DNA of 64,000 bases from Chlamydiota bacterium (GCA_016866495.1 VGMG01000005.1:40686-104685); one strand, 5' to 3'. Counted from the first letter of the stretch, positions 29,797-39,827 are shown. Notes: generated from the sequence alone by a model not told the origin. Numbers and translations: made by a program.

Positions 29797-29876
29797 AATA
29801 TTAATTAAAATAAAGACTTCGTATTTACAATATTTTTTCAACCAGTTATACCTTTTTATAATAAAAGGTGCTTGAC

Positions 29877-30527
29877 ATGCTTCAATTAACAGGTATTGAT
29901 AAATACATTTTCTCCGGTTCAGATCCGATCTGCAACATAGCAGATGCAATAGTTGGATTTAAATATCCCGACCAAGATCATAAAATTTCACGATGCGCAC
30001 GTAATATTGGTACGTTTGAATCACTAAAAGGTTCTCGTAAAGCTTTCATGAAGCTTTTTTATCCAAAAATTATTACAGTCCCTTCTTTAACAGCAGAGTC
30101 AAATTTTGCTGACATTAAAAAGATCTCCAAACAGCCTACTTCTACAAAAGTTATAAAACAAATAGCCTCTATGTTGGGGCGAATTTCGAATATTGTTGTT
30201 CTAGCAAATGATCTAGACCTCATGAGCTGGAGTCCATCAGAGACGACATCTAAAGTTATAGATTTAATGGGCGAGTCTACTTCTTTGATTAGAAGACTGC
30301 ACTTAACCTACAGCTGTCCAAAAACAGCTAATCCTAAAATATTGAAATGGAAACAAATTAATCACTTAAAAAACCTTTCTAATTCACTAAATATTCTAGG
30401 TATATTTCTAAGAGATCATTTGCAAAATCGCCTTGCAAAGCTGGCCTGGAGTCTATCTGCCATATTTTTGAACTACTTCATTTTTTCACAAAAGAAAATA
30501 CTAAAAAAAACAAGCGATCAACTATAA
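29877..30527 (+). CDS. Paralog A of a tandem family with a C-terminal bilobed hydrophobic region (Inc/Cap1-like candidate)
   Basis: ORF opens at GTG 29868; ATG 29877 follows an AAAGGTG SD. The C-terminus LSNSLNILGIFLRD...LAKLAWSLSAIFLNYFIFSQKK aligns by eye with paralog C (ISNSIEVLGGGLFLRT...SAVAQHYISTK). Confidence 0.6.
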   Translation: MLQLTGIDKYIFSGSDPICNIADAIVGFKYPDQDHKISRCARNIGTFESLKGSRKAFMKLFYPKIITVPSLTAESNFADIKKISKQPTSTKVIKQIASMLGRISNIVVLANDLDLMSWSPSETTSKVIDLMGESTSLIRRLHLTYSCPKTANPKILKWKQINHLKNLSNSLNILGIFLRDHLQNRLAKLAWSLSAIFLNYFIFSQKKILKKTSDQL

Positions 30528-30537
30528 AGGATAAGTT

Positions 30538-31302
30538 ATGAGTTTGATAACAACAATGAAAGTAACAATTGATGATCCGCAAAATGCCCAAATAGCACCT
30601 CCAATCAACTGCTCTTTTGGTTCACATGTTTGGTCATTACCATCTGAAAAACCTAGATTAGCAGCTAAGGTTTTCAGCATTGTCTCCTCTATTTTAAACC
30701 AATTTAATCTTCTTCGTGAAGGTGGGTTTCTAAGTAATTATCTTGGAAAAAATTTTGACGCAATTGACAAGAGCTTAGCTCCTATCGATTTAGTACAAAA
30801 TAGTCTTGAACTTATGGATAAAGTCAAAGCTAAAACATCCTATGGATCACTGGTTTCTCATATCTCAAAAACATTTACAAGTTTTAGAGATACCTTAAAA
30901 GGGGTGAGCCTTTTTACCGAATCTGAAAACCCTGCATTGATGGGCAAAGTTGAAATTATAAAATCAACTTTGGATATGACAAGTAGCTTTGCGGATCTCA
31001 AAAAAGCTTACGAATCTATACCTAAAGGTGAGATCCGTAAGTATGGTGAAAATGTAGCTAAAACTTCAAAAGGTGTCCAGTCGCTAGTTAAAATCATCAA
31101 GAATATAGCAACATTTGTTTTGGGATCCTTTGGCTTATTAAGCGCCTTTAAAGGGAGAAAGCCAAGCGGAGGCCTACAACTAGGTGTAGCGTCAGTTGCT
31201 GTGGCTTGTTCCGTTGCAAATCACTACATCTCAAGAAAAATTGAGATGGAAGAAGCTCATAGAGTACATGCTGACTACGTCTTAGGTCGTAAAGCTAGCT
31301 AG
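30538..31302 (+). CDS. Paralog B of the tandem family (Inc/Cap1-like candidate)
   Basis: 254 aa, starts 10 nt after paralog A. C-terminal hairpin IATFVLGSFGLLSAF-KGRKPSGG-LQLGVASVAVACSVANHYISRK. Internal LAPIDLV... region parallels LAPKELV... of paralog C. Confidence 0.65.
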   Translation: MSLITTMKVTIDDPQNAQIAPPINCSFGSHVWSLPSEKPRLAAKVFSIVSSILNQFNLLREGGFLSNYLGKNFDAIDKSLAPIDLVQNSLELMDKVKAKTSYGSLVSHISKTFTSFRDTLKGVSLFTESENPALMGKVEIIKSTLDMTSSFADLKKAYESIPKGEIRKYGENVAKTSKGVQSLVKIIKNIATFVLGSFGLLSAFKGRKPSGGLQLGVASVAVACSVANHYISRKIEMEEAHRVHADYVLGRKAS

Positions 31303-31334
31303 CATCAAAGTAAATAATTGAATTTACCTCTGTA

Positions 31335-31370
31335 AAGAGTCCCGATATTGCATCGGGGCTCTTCTTTTTT
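31335..31370 (+). terminator. Rho-independent terminator after paralog B
   Basis: 12-bp stem AAGAGTCCCGAT (31335-31346) / ATCGGGGCTCTT (31352-31363) with one G-U pair, loop ATTGC, then CTTTTTT. Confidence 0.65.
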
Positions 31371-31433
31371 CTATCTATAATTAGATAATATAATATAATA
31401 TTATCTCCGATTCTTGATAGAGGTAAAAATACT

Positions 31434-32096
31434 ATGGCTTCACCAGCAACAACTGCCACACAAACCGAGCAAATGAATGACTTTACGCAAATCACTCAAA
31501 ACGAGTCTTTTAAAGATCAAACACTTGACCTTATAGGAAACAAAACACGTCTATTTAGCAAGTGGGGTGTAGCTTTACTATCGGCAGGACAACTAACTAA
31601 AGTTCTTCCTGAACAATCAGTAGCTATTGGAGTAGCAAAAGATTTTTTTAATGCTGCAAACTGGGGTCTTGCGCCAAAAGAGCTTGTTTTTTCTGTCGAT
31701 CAGCTAGCAAAAGATACCAAAGCTGGAAAAGGGGTGAGCACTCTCACTAAAGGCGCATTGAAGATTGCCAAAGTGGTAAAAGATTTATTTAAAGCATTGG
31801 CCGCCTTTGGTGCCCCCGTTATCAAAGCGATAACATTCCCACTCGAGGGGCTTTGCGCAATTGGAAGTGCCTTTTTTGCTTCTAAAGACCTAGTGGAATC
31901 TAAAGAAAAGAAAGACCAGGAAAAGGGTTCTTATAAAGCGCTAAATATTATTTCAAATTCAATTGAAGTACTAGGTGGCGGACTTTTCTTAAGAACTTTA
32001 ATTACAGGTCGCACTATTTCTCCAATAATTTCTTCAGTTATGGGGCTTGTTTCCCTAACATCAGCCGTAGCACAACACTACATTAGCACTAAATAA
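31434..32096 (+). CDS. Paralog C of the tandem family (Inc/Cap1-like candidate)
   Basis: 220 aa with a GAGGT SD upstream. C-terminal LGGGLFLRTLITGRTISPIISSVMGLVSLTSAVAQHYISTK, whose end matches paralog B (SVANHYISRK). Confidence 0.65.
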   Translation: MASPATTATQTEQMNDFTQITQNESFKDQTLDLIGNKTRLFSKWGVALLSAGQLTKVLPEQSVAIGVAKDFFNAANWGLAPKELVFSVDQLAKDTKAGKGVSTLTKGALKIAKVVKDLFKALAAFGAPVIKAITFPLEGLCAIGSAFFASKDLVESKEKKDQEKGSYKALNIISNSIEVLGGGLFLRTLITGRTISPIISSVMGLVSLTSAVAQHYISTK

Positions 32097-32253
32097 AATC
32101 CTAAAACGCTTTTTTGAAATAAGTTTTGAAAAAGCGTTAATTTGAATTTCCTCTCGGAAAAACAATTAAGTTATTTTTATATTTAGCAAAGCTAGTATTG
32201 AGTTATTTTATCTATTGTGTTAATTTTTAACTTGTTAAAGTAACATAGTGCTA

Positions 32254-32790
32254 ATGATAACCCCGATTCAAAACACACCAACCGGTATATCTTTTTTGAC
32301 AAAACAATCAGGGTTTGTCTTTAATGTCTGTTTTTGGCTCTATTTTTTAAAAAAAGACTCTTGCAGATTTACGGATAAAAAACATTTTTCAAAACAATTA
32401 GACGTGCTTTCAGCTCAAAGAAAAATCGTAATTGCGGGAAAGGTGGTAGGAGATTGCTTAAGACTTGTAGACGTAATTGGCAGAAAATTTCCTTCTACAT
32501 TTAACCAGCAAGCTATTAAGGCTGCGCGGATAACGGGTCTTTTTCTTGGCGCAGTTGACGGTTGGAATGAGCAAATTTTCTCATTTAAAAAAATTCAAGA
32601 AAAAATTTCCATCTCTAACTGTTGTGACTACATATCGCATATTTTTTTTTACGCATTTAGCCTATCCAGCATACTTTCTAGTAACAAAAATCTAGTGTCC
32701 AATGCTCGACCTGCGGTTCTTTTAGGGTGTATGGCAGGGTCTATTATTACATCAATTGCAGCGCAAATTTTTACAAAAAAAACGAATTAA
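32254..32790 (+). CDS. Paralog D of the tandem family (most divergent member)
   Basis: ORF opens at GTG 32248 with ATG at 32254. Hydrophobic pairs (ISHIFFYAFSLSSILS...AVLLGCMAGSIITSIAAQIFTKK) end in a motif like the other three (xIAAQIFTKK). Confidence 0.5.
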   Translation: MITPIQNTPTGISFLTKQSGFVFNVCFWLYFLKKDSCRFTDKKHFSKQLDVLSAQRKIVIAGKVVGDCLRLVDVIGRKFPSTFNQQAIKAARITGLFLGAVDGWNEQIFSFKKIQEKISISNCCDYISHIFFYAFSLSSILSSNKNLVSNARPAVLLGCMAGSIITSIAAQIFTKKTN

Positions 32791-32968
32791 AATTTTAAAA
32801 ATTGTTAGCTTTAAAAAAACTCTTACCCCCAAGACAACAGGGGAAATCAGGGGCTAAAATTAGTTTGTGAAAAATTGATTCTTTTGGTACTCTCTTCCCC
32901 AAGAGACTCTTTAGAGAGATTTATTCTTACAAAAATTGAAAAAATCACCTCGTTTCGAAGGAAGACAT

Positions 32969-33619
32969 ATGTCGAAGACATTGAAACTAATCGGCAGAAA
33001 GAAGGGGATGACACATCACTTTGATGATCAAGGTAATGTGATTCCTTGCACAGTTCTGCAGCTTAAAACGCACGTAGTGTCTCAGGTGAAAACTCTCGAA
33101 AAAGATGGATACGAGTCAATCCAGTTAGCAACAGATAAGCTAACAGGAGCGAGAAGGGCAAATCACAATAAGCCCCAAGTCGGCCACTTTGAGAAGAACG
33201 CACTAGAGCCACGAAAATATTTAATTGAATCCAGAATTGCTAACGTAGGGGACTACCCGCTAGGAACAGAAATTGATCTTTCCGTTCTTGAAAATGTCCA
33301 AAGCGTTGATGTAACTGCGATTTCAAAAGGGAAGGGATTCCAAGGTGTTATGAAGCGCCATGGATTTAAAGGATTTGGTTACTCACACGGTGAGGGTCCT
33401 ATCCACCGCCACGGAGGTTCTACCGGACAGCGCTCATCTATTGGCCGCGTATGGAAAGGTCGTAAAATGGCCGGTCATATGGGGAACGAAAGAGTGACCA
33501 TTCAAAACCTCAAAATTGTTAAAATCGATCGCGAAAACGAAGTGATCCTAGTGAAGGGTGCCGTTCCAGGTGCGACCAACGGGATTGTTGAGATCACGAA
33601 ATCGGTTAAAGGGAAATAG
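32969..33619 (+). CDS. rplC: 50S ribosomal protein L3
   Basis: MSKTLKLIGRKKGMT..., FQGVMKRHGF, GSTGQRSSIGRVWKGRKMAGHMG. ATG 32969 follows a GAAGGAAG SD. The ORF-track start 32936 is probably too long. Confidence 0.95.
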   Translation: MSKTLKLIGRKKGMTHHFDDQGNVIPCTVLQLKTHVVSQVKTLEKDGYESIQLATDKLTGARRANHNKPQVGHFEKNALEPRKYLIESRIANVGDYPLGTEIDLSVLENVQSVDVTAISKGKGFQGVMKRHGFKGFGYSHGEGPIHRHGGSTGQRSSIGRVWKGRKMAGHMGNERVTIQNLKIVKIDRENEVILVKGAVPGATNGIVEITKSVKGK

Positions 33620-33628
33620 AGGTAGCAC

Positions 33629-34291
33629 GTGAAACAGATTAAACACTTTGATTTAAAAAAGAACGTGTGCCTAGATCAAGCAATCCGAATCGAAGCTGAT
33701 CTCGATCTTAACAGGCCGCTAATCAAAAATTATATTGAAGCCTTGCGCTTCAACCTGCGTCAATGGTCTGCTTGTACCTTAAGAAGAGGTGAGGTGAACC
33801 GCACAGGTAAAAAAGCTCGTCGTCAAAAAGGTACCGGTGGCGCCCGTCACGGTGACTGGGCAGCTCCCCAAATGAGAAAAGGGGGACGTGCTCATGGTCC
33901 TAAACCTAAATTTGACCAGCATATCCGTATTAACCAAAAAGAAAAAAGATTTGCCATTCGCTCCTTATTAAATGAGAAGATTGCAAACGGCAAAGTTGTT
34001 GTTGTGCCTATGGAGTGGGTTGACCACTTTAAAGAGGGTCCTAAAACAGCCCTTGCTAACCAAGTCTTTAAAGCTTCAGGTGTATCGGGTAAAAATAGCA
34101 TTGTTCTTTTTGGTGACAGAAATGTTGAGAAAGAGCTCGAGCTATTTAACCTAAAAATGTCTTTAAGAAACATCCCAAATCTCTACACCTCTACATTGAG
34201 CCAGTTGAACGGGTTGGATCTTTTAAGAAACCAAAATGTATTTATTGTAGTTTCCGACATGTCGGAGCTTGAAACCTACTTAAACGCTTAA
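33629..34291 (+). CDS. rplD: 50S ribosomal protein L4
   Basis: KKARRQKGTGGARHG... L4 signature. GTG start after GAGGT. Position after rplC. Confidence 0.93.
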   Translation: MKQIKHFDLKKNVCLDQAIRIEADLDLNRPLIKNYIEALRFNLRQWSACTLRRGEVNRTGKKARRQKGTGGARHGDWAAPQMRKGGRAHGPKPKFDQHIRINQKEKRFAIRSLLNEKIANGKVVVVPMEWVDHFKEGPKTALANQVFKASGVSGKNSIVLFGDRNVEKELELFNLKMSLRNIPNLYTSTLSQLNGLDLLRNQNVFIVVSDMSELETYLNA

Positions 34292-34304
34292 CACAGGTGA
34301 GTTT

Positions 34305-34613
34305 GTGAAGACTATTTTAAAAACTCGCTACATGAGCGAGAAGGTGCAAAACCTCCAACAGTTAAAAAACAACAATAACAACAAGTCTGTCCGGAAGTTT
34401 AACAAAGACATTATTGCGTTTATCGTAGATGTCAATGCTAATAAGGCGGAAATCAAGTCGGCAGTTGAGCAGATCTACAATGTAAAAGTTGAGTCTGTGA
34501 ACACCTCAATTACCAGCACAAAACAACGCCGCATGAGAGGACGCAGTGGAGAGACACAAGCCAAGAAAAAGGCTTATGTCACTCTTAAACCAGGCTACTC
34601 GGTAGACCAATAG
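34305..34613 (+). CDS. rplW: 50S ribosomal protein L23
   Basis: [31 protein letters not shown]... L23 core. GTG start after AGGTGAG. Conserved operon position. Confidence 0.9.
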   Translation: MKTILKTRYMSEKVQNLQQLKNNNNNKSVRKFNKDIIAFIVDVNANKAEIKSAVEQIYNVKVESVNTSITSTKQRRMRGRSGETQAKKKAYVTLKPGYSVDQ

Positions 34614-34623
34614 GAGAACGGCA

Positions 34624-35457
34624 ATGACACTAAAAAATTATCGTCCCATTACCCCGTCTACCCGCCAGCTTAAGACTGTAGACTACTCAAAAATTTTAAC
34701 TAAGGGTGCGACACCTGAGAAATCTCTTTTGGACGTTCGCAAGAGAACGGGCGGAAGAAATAACACAGGTCGCATAACAACACGTCATCATGGTGGTGGA
34801 CATAAGCGCAAGCTACGTACAATCGACTTTAAACGAGATAAAGACGGAATTGATGCCGTTGTAGCAACTGTTGAATACGATCCAGGCCGTTCAGCTTTCG
34901 TCTCCTTGCTCAATTACAAGGACGGAGAAAAGCGCTATATTCTTGCTTATGATGGTGTAAAACCAGGTGATGTAATCCGTTCTGGAAAAACTGCAAGCTT
35001 CCGTCCTGGTCATTCAATGTCCTTGAAAGATATGCCTGTAGGTTCTGTTGTACACAACATAGAGCTTGAAGCGGGTCGCGGCGGCAAAATGGTCCGCTCG
35101 GCGGGGCAATCAGCTCAACTTGTTGCTAAACAAGACGACGGCTTTGTTGTGATTCGTTTACCATCCTCAGAAATGAGATTGATTCACGAGACATGCAGAG
35201 CAACATTCGGAACTGTTTCTAATTCTTCTCACAACACTCAAGTTGTCGGAAAAGCGGGTCGTTCACGATGGATGGGTATTCGCCCAACTGTTCGTGGTAC
35301 TGCGATGAACCCTGTTGACCACCCACACGGGGGAGGAGAGGGTCGTCACAACGGTTACCGTTTAGAGACTCCATGGGCTGTTCCTACTAAGGGTTACAAA
35401 ACTCGTAAGAAGAATAAGCACTCTAGTATGTATATTATTTCGAGACGTAAAAAATAG
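34624..35457 (+). CDS. rplB: 50S ribosomal protein L2
   Basis: [48 protein letters not shown]. Confidence 0.97.
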   Translation: MTLKNYRPITPSTRQLKTVDYSKILTKGATPEKSLLDVRKRTGGRNNTGRITTRHHGGGHKRKLRTIDFKRDKDGIDAVVATVEYDPGRSAFVSLLNYKDGEKRYILAYDGVKPGDVIRSGKTASFRPGHSMSLKDMPVGSVVHNIELEAGRGGKMVRSAGQSAQLVAKQDDGFVVIRLPSSEMRLIHETCRATFGTVSNSSHNTQVVGKAGRSRWMGIRPTVRGTAMNPVDHPHGGGEGRHNGYRLETPWAVPTKGYKTRKKNKHSSMYIISRRKK

Positions 35458-35466
35458 GTTTTTTCC

Positions 35467-35730
35467 ATGCCAAGATCGTTAAAAAAAGGTCCATTCGTTG
35501 ACCATCACCTTCAAAAAAAGGTGAACGCATCGAACCAAGCTGGGAACAAAAAACCGGTTAAAACTTGGTCTCGTCGTTCAACCATCACACCCGACATGAT
35601 TGGAGTGATATTTGATGTTCACAACGGCAAAAAGTTTATTTCCGTTTTTGTTACTGAGAACATGGTTGGACATAAATTAGGAGAGTTTTCTCCAACTAGA
35701 ACATTTAAATCTCACCCGGTCAAAAAATAG
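35467..35730 (+). CDS. rpsS: 30S ribosomal protein S19
   Basis: [37 protein letters not shown]. Confidence 0.97.
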   Translation: MPRSLKKGPFVDHHLQKKVNASNQAGNKKPVKTWSRRSTITPDMIGVIFDVHNGKKFISVFVTENMVGHKLGEFSPTRTFKSHPVKK

Positions 35731-35737
35731 GTAAACT

Positions 35738-36082
35738 ATGAGTATTGTATCTAAGGCTGTATCAAGATACGTTCGTCTCAGCCCGAAGCGCTCTAGGCTT
35801 GTTGCTGACCTCGTGAGGGGTAAAATGGCACAGGAAGCAAAAGTGCTTTTGACACATACGAACAAAAAAGCTGCTCGTCATATTCAAAAGACATTGACTA
35901 GCGCTATAGCTAATGCTGAAACACAGAAAGGGTCAAGACCTGAAAATTTGGTCATCTCTACTCTATTAATCGATGAAGCGACCAAATTGCGTCGTGCTAA
36001 ATCGGCTAACAAAGGGAGAACGGCTCCAATTCGCAAACCGACAGTACACATTACTGTTGAGCTGTCAGAGAAGAGGGGTTAA
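35738..36082 (+). CDS. rplV: 50S ribosomal protein L22
   Basis: RYVRLSPKRSRLVADLVRG... L22 N-terminus. Operon position between rpsS and rpsC. Confidence 0.93.
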   Translation: MSIVSKAVSRYVRLSPKRSRLVADLVRGKMAQEAKVLLTHTNKKAARHIQKTLTSAIANAETQKGSRPENLVISTLLIDEATKLRRAKSANKGRTAPIRKPTVHITVELSEKRG

Positions 36083-36094
36083 AAAGGACAAGTT

Positions 36095-36736
36095 ATGGGT
36101 CAAAAAGTAAATCCAACAGGATTCAGACTATCTGTTAACAAGAATTGGAGAAGCAATTGGTTTTCTGCCAAAAAAGAATTTCCCCAATTTTTGAAAGAAG
36201 ACAAAGCATTAAGAGACCACCTTTCTAAAAAGGCAGGACAAATTGGTGCTTCCGCCTTTAAAATCCAACGCATGGGCGAGAAAGTTGAAGTGACTATTGT
36301 TACTTCCCGTCCAGGAGCGATCATTGGAAAAAAAGGTGCCGACGTTGAAGAGCTAAAAGCTGAACTCAGCAAGCTTGTCAAACGTGAGGTTTGGGTCGAA
36401 GTAGAAGAAATCAAACGTCCTGAAATGGATGCAAAATTAATCGCGGAAAGTGTACGCCAGCAGCTCGAAAAGCGTATGCCCTACAAGCGTGTTGTAAAGC
36501 GTGCTATCCAGCAAGCAATGGATGCCGGTGCCCTTGGTATCAAGGTCATGGTTTCTGGCCGCTTGGGCGGTGCAGAGATTGCTCGAAGCGAGTGGTTCAA
36601 AGAGGGGAGAATTCCTCTTCATACTCTCAGAGCAAAAATTCAATACGCCACATCTGAATCTCATCACACTTATGGTAAGTGCGGGATCAAGGTTTGGGTA
36701 AATCTGGGTGACGAAGAAGATCGAGGTGCTGAATGA
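36095..36736 (+). CDS. rpsC: 30S ribosomal protein S3
   Basis: [14 protein letters not shown] domain [26 protein letters not shown]. Confidence 0.97.
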   Translation: MGQKVNPTGFRLSVNKNWRSNWFSAKKEFPQFLKEDKALRDHLSKKAGQIGASAFKIQRMGEKVEVTIVTSRPGAIIGKKGADVEELKAELSKLVKREVWVEVEEIKRPEMDAKLIAESVRQQLEKRMPYKRVVKRAIQQAMDAGALGIKVMVSGRLGGAEIARSEWFKEGRIPLHTLRAKIQYATSESHHTYGKCGIKVWVNLGDEEDRGAE

Positions 36737-37149
36737 AACAACCTGGAAAAACTAAATTTCGCAAAGCTCACAAGGGCTCTATTGCCGGTTTAACCAAAAG
36801 CGGCGAATTTGTTGAGTTCGGTGAATTCGGAATGCAAGCGCTGGACCGCGGTAAAATTACAACCAACCAGATCGAATCTTGCCGTGTAGCGATCAACAGA
36901 CACTTTGCCCGTAAAGGACAGGTCTGGATTCGCGTTTTCCCACACAAGCCTGTTACTGCAAAACCTTTGGAGACAAGGATGGGTAAAGGTAAGGGGAACG
37001 TAGATCATTACGTGGCTGAAATCAAACCGGGTCGAGTCATTTTCGAAGTGGCAGGCGTTTCAAGAGAAGATGCACAAACAGCTCTTCGTTTGGCCTCCGC
37101 TAAATTGCCGATCAAAACCCGATTTGTAGAAAGACTTGAGAGGGTTTAG
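36733..37149 (+). CDS. rplP: 50S ribosomal protein L16
   Basis: [35 protein letters not shown] overlap with rpsC. Confidence 0.97.
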   Translation: MKQPGKTKFRKAHKGSIAGLTKSGEFVEFGEFGMQALDRGKITTNQIESCRVAINRHFARKGQVWIRVFPHKPVTAKPLETRMGKGKGNVDHYVAEIKPGRVIFEVAGVSREDAQTALRLASAKLPIKTRFVERLERV

Positions 37150-37157
37150 GAGAATTT

Positions 37158-37349
37158 ATGAAAATTAAAGAAATTCGCAATAAATCACCAGAAGAGCTTC
37201 AAAAAATGATTCATGAGAATCGAGTAGAGCTTTTGAATTTGCGTTCCAATTATCGCGTTCGAGCTGAAGCTGTGAAGCCTCACATTTTCAAACAGAAGAG
37301 GAAGGCAAACGCTCGTGCGATGACTGTCCTTTCAGAGAGGGTACGATGA
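37158..37349 (+). CDS. rpmC: 50S ribosomal protein L29
   Basis: 63 aa, EIRNKSPEELQK...LLNLR pattern, at the operon position. Confidence 0.9.
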   Translation: MKIKEIRNKSPEELQKMIHENRVELLNLRSNYRVRAEAVKPHIFKQKRKANARAMTVLSERVR

Positions 37350-37597
37350 AAAAACAATCACAAATGATGGGTATTGTTGTATCCGATAAGATGGATAGAA
37401 CCATTGTCGTGAAAGTGACAACAAGAAAGCGCCATCCGAAATATCAAAAAGTAATGAACGTTTCCCGTAAGTACTATGTTCATGACGAGCATAACTCTTA
37501 CAAGAATGGGGACGAGGTTTCTTTTGAAGCTACTCGCCCTATTTCTAAGCTGAAGAGCTGGAAAGTTTGCAACCCTAAGAGCCAGGCCGGAGTATGA
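37346..37597 (+). CDS. rpsQ: 30S ribosomal protein S17
   Basis: [31 protein letters not shown] overlap with rpmC. Confidence 0.95.
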   Translation: MKKQSQMMGIVVSDKMDRTIVVKVTTRKRHPKYQKVMNVSRKYYVHDEHNSYKNGDEVSFEATRPISKLKSWKVCNPKSQAGV

Positions 37598-37962
37598 TCC
37601 AAGAAGAGAGTATTTTAGATGTAGCCGACAACTCAGGTGCAAAAAAAGTTAAATGTTTTCGCATTTTGGGCGGTTCTAATAGACGTTATGCCCATGTTGG
37701 TGATATCGTAGTTGCGGCGGTCCAAGAAGCAATTCCTAATTCCCCAGTGAAGAAGGGATCTGTCGTTAAAGCAGTAGTTGTCAGGACCAAGCGTACGATT
37801 CGTAGAACAGATGGTTCCACGATCGAGTTTGATTCCAATGCAGCAGTAATTTTAAATGAAAAAGGCGAGCCGGTAGGAACACGCGTCTTTGGTCCTGTGG
37901 CCAGAGAGCTCCGTGAAAAGAATTTCATGAAGATCCTCTCCCTCGCACCCGAAGTTTTATAA
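37594..37962 (+). CDS. rplN: 50S ribosomal protein L14
   Basis: [49 protein letters not shown]. Confidence 0.97.
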   Translation: MIQEESILDVADNSGAKKVKCFRILGGSNRRYAHVGDIVVAAVQEAIPNSPVKKGSVVKAVVVRTKRTIRRTDGSTIEFDSNAAVILNEKGEPVGTRVFGPVARELREKNFMKILSLAPEVL

Positions 37963-37971
37963 GGTAGAGCA

Positions 37972-38307
37972 ATGAACATCAAAAAAGGTGATACAGTTGT
38001 CGTTACTTCAGGAGCTGACAAGGGTAAACAGGGAAAAGTTCTCGTGGTTTATCCAGCTAAGCAAAAGCTGCTTGTTGAAGGCGTCCAGCTTAAGACACAC
38101 CATGTAAAAAAATCACAGCAAAACCCCAACGGTGGTCTTTTGAAGAAAGAGGCCCCTATCTACAGTTGCAAGGTATCCCTTGCTTCTCAAGAGGGAAAGG
38201 CCATTAAAGTTTCAAGAACTCACCATCAAAAAGACGGCAAAGTTCTTGTGAATCGTAAAACTGGCGAAGTGATTCGCCCAATTAAAAAGAGTGTAGAGGC
38301 TAAATAG
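37972..38307 (+). CDS. rplX: 50S ribosomal protein L24
   Basis: KKGDTVVVTSGADKGKQGKVL KOW motif, at the operon position. Confidence 0.95.
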   Translation: MNIKKGDTVVVTSGADKGKQGKVLVVYPAKQKLLVEGVQLKTHHVKKSQQNPNGGLLKKEAPIYSCKVSLASQEGKAIKVSRTHHQKDGKVLVNRKTGEVIRPIKKSVEAK

Positions 38308-38309
38308 TT

Positions 38310-38864
38310 ATGTCGACTCAAAAGTTATCTAAGCCCCGACTTAAAACTCTTTACACTGATAAAGTGCGAGGGGACCTTACTGAGCGTTACAAATACAGTA
38401 ACCCCCACCTTGTACCGAAATTGGAAAAAATCGTTATCAGCACGGGGTTGAAAGAGGCATTGAAAGATAAATCAGTTATCCAAGATGCGGTATATTCACT
38501 AAGTATGATTAGCGGCCAAATGCCGGTAAAGACTAAAGCTAGAAAATCTGTTTCTAACTTTAAATTGCGCGAGGGGCAAGATTTAGGTGCGAAGGTTACA
38601 CTTCGTGGGGATCGTATGTGGGATTTCCTTGACCGTTTAAACACAATGTCCCTTCCTGCGACACAGGATTTCCAAGGATTACCTAAAAAGTTTCACAAAG
38701 GGAACTATGCGTTCGGATTATCAAGATGCGAATGCTTCCAGGAGATTGATTTTGACAAAGTGAAACATGTTATTGGTTTGAACGTTCAAATCGTAACTAC
38801 AGCGAAAAACGAAGACGAGTGCTTTCAATTATTGTCGGCTCTCGGAGTTCCATTTAAAAAATAG
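38310..38864 (+). CDS. rplE: 50S ribosomal protein L5
   Basis: VPKLEKIVISTG, FKLREGQDLGAKVTLRGDRMWDFLDRL, NYAFGL. Confidence 0.96.
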   Translation: MSTQKLSKPRLKTLYTDKVRGDLTERYKYSNPHLVPKLEKIVISTGLKEALKDKSVIQDAVYSLSMISGQMPVKTKARKSVSNFKLREGQDLGAKVTLRGDRMWDFLDRLNTMSLPATQDFQGLPKKFHKGNYAFGLSRCECFQEIDFDKVKHVIGLNVQIVTTAKNEDECFQLLSALGVPFKK

Positions 38865-38873
38865 GTGTAATCC

Positions 38874-39266
38874 ATGACTGTATCAGATCCAATCGCAGAT
38901 CTTATTGTTCGCATAAAGAACGGGATCGCAGCTGAACACAAGTACGTTGATTGCCCCCTTTCTAAACAAAAGGTAGCAATTCTATCCGTCCTTAAGGAGC
39001 TTGGGTTCATCAATGATTTTATTATCAATGAGGAGTTGAAGCTAGTAAGAGTTTATTTACGCTATGGCATGAATAGACATTCTAGAATTTCATCTCTCAG
39101 ACGGCTTTCCTCTCCGGGTCGCCGTTTATATGTAACAGCCGAATCTATTCCTTACGTTAAGAATCGCAGAGGAGATATTGTAATCTCCACATCACAGGGC
39201 GTGATCTCTGGAAGCGAAGCTCGAAAGAGGGGAATTGGCGGCGAAATTATTTGTAGTGTCTCATGA
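38874..39266 (+). CDS. rpsH: 30S ribosomal protein S8
   Basis: DPIADLIVRIKNG, SSPGRRLY, TSQGVISGSEARKRGIGGEIICSV. Starts 9 nt after rplE, so there is no rpsN between them. Confidence 0.96.
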   Translation: MTVSDPIADLIVRIKNGIAAEHKYVDCPLSKQKVAILSVLKELGFINDFIINEELKLVRVYLRYGMNRHSRISSLRRLSSPGRRLYVTAESIPYVKNRRGDIVISTSQGVISGSEARKRGIGGEIICSVS

Positions 39267-39278
39267 CGCGAGGAGTCC

Positions 39279-39818
39279 ATGTCTAAGTTAGCAAAAAAAC
39301 CCTTGATTATCTCATCCAAACACAAGGTGACACAAACTGGAAGTCTTCTCACAATACAAGGAGCAAAAGGGACCTTGAAAAGAGAAGTCAACTCGCAAGT
39401 ACAAGTCGAAATCAAAGGACAAGAGTTATTTGTTCTTCCAAAAGACGAGTCAAGCGAGCGTAAGTTTTTGGGTACAGAATTTGCTTTAATCCGCAATGCT
39501 CTTATGGGAGTTGATAAAGGTTTCGAAAAGAAGCTTCAACTCGTTGGAGTCGGTTTTAAAGCGCAAGTTGCTGGCAAGTCACTTGACCTCGCTCTAGGTT
39601 TTTCTCATCCTGTAAAGATAGAAATACCTGAGGGTATCTCTGTTGCTGTCGAGAAGCAGACGTTGATCACTATCAGCGGCATCGACAAGCAGAAAGTAGG
39701 TCACTTCGCTGCAACAATTCGTGAAATTAAGAAACCTGAACCTTACAAAGGTAAAGGTATCCGTTATGAGGGCGAGTACATCAAGCTCAAAGCGGGTAAA
39801 TCTGCATCCAAAAAGTAG
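39279..39818 (+). CDS. rplF: 50S ribosomal protein L6
   Basis: LQLVGVGFKA, GFSHPV, REIKKPEPYKGKGIRYEGE. Confidence 0.96.
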   Translation: MSKLAKKPLIISSKHKVTQTGSLLTIQGAKGTLKREVNSQVQVEIKGQELFVLPKDESSERKFLGTEFALIRNALMGVDKGFEKKLQLVGVGFKAQVAGKSLDLALGFSHPVKIEIPEGISVAVEKQTLITISGIDKQKVGHFAATIREIKKPEPYKGKGIRYEGEYIKLKAGKSASKK

Positions 39819-39827
39819 AGAATAGTT

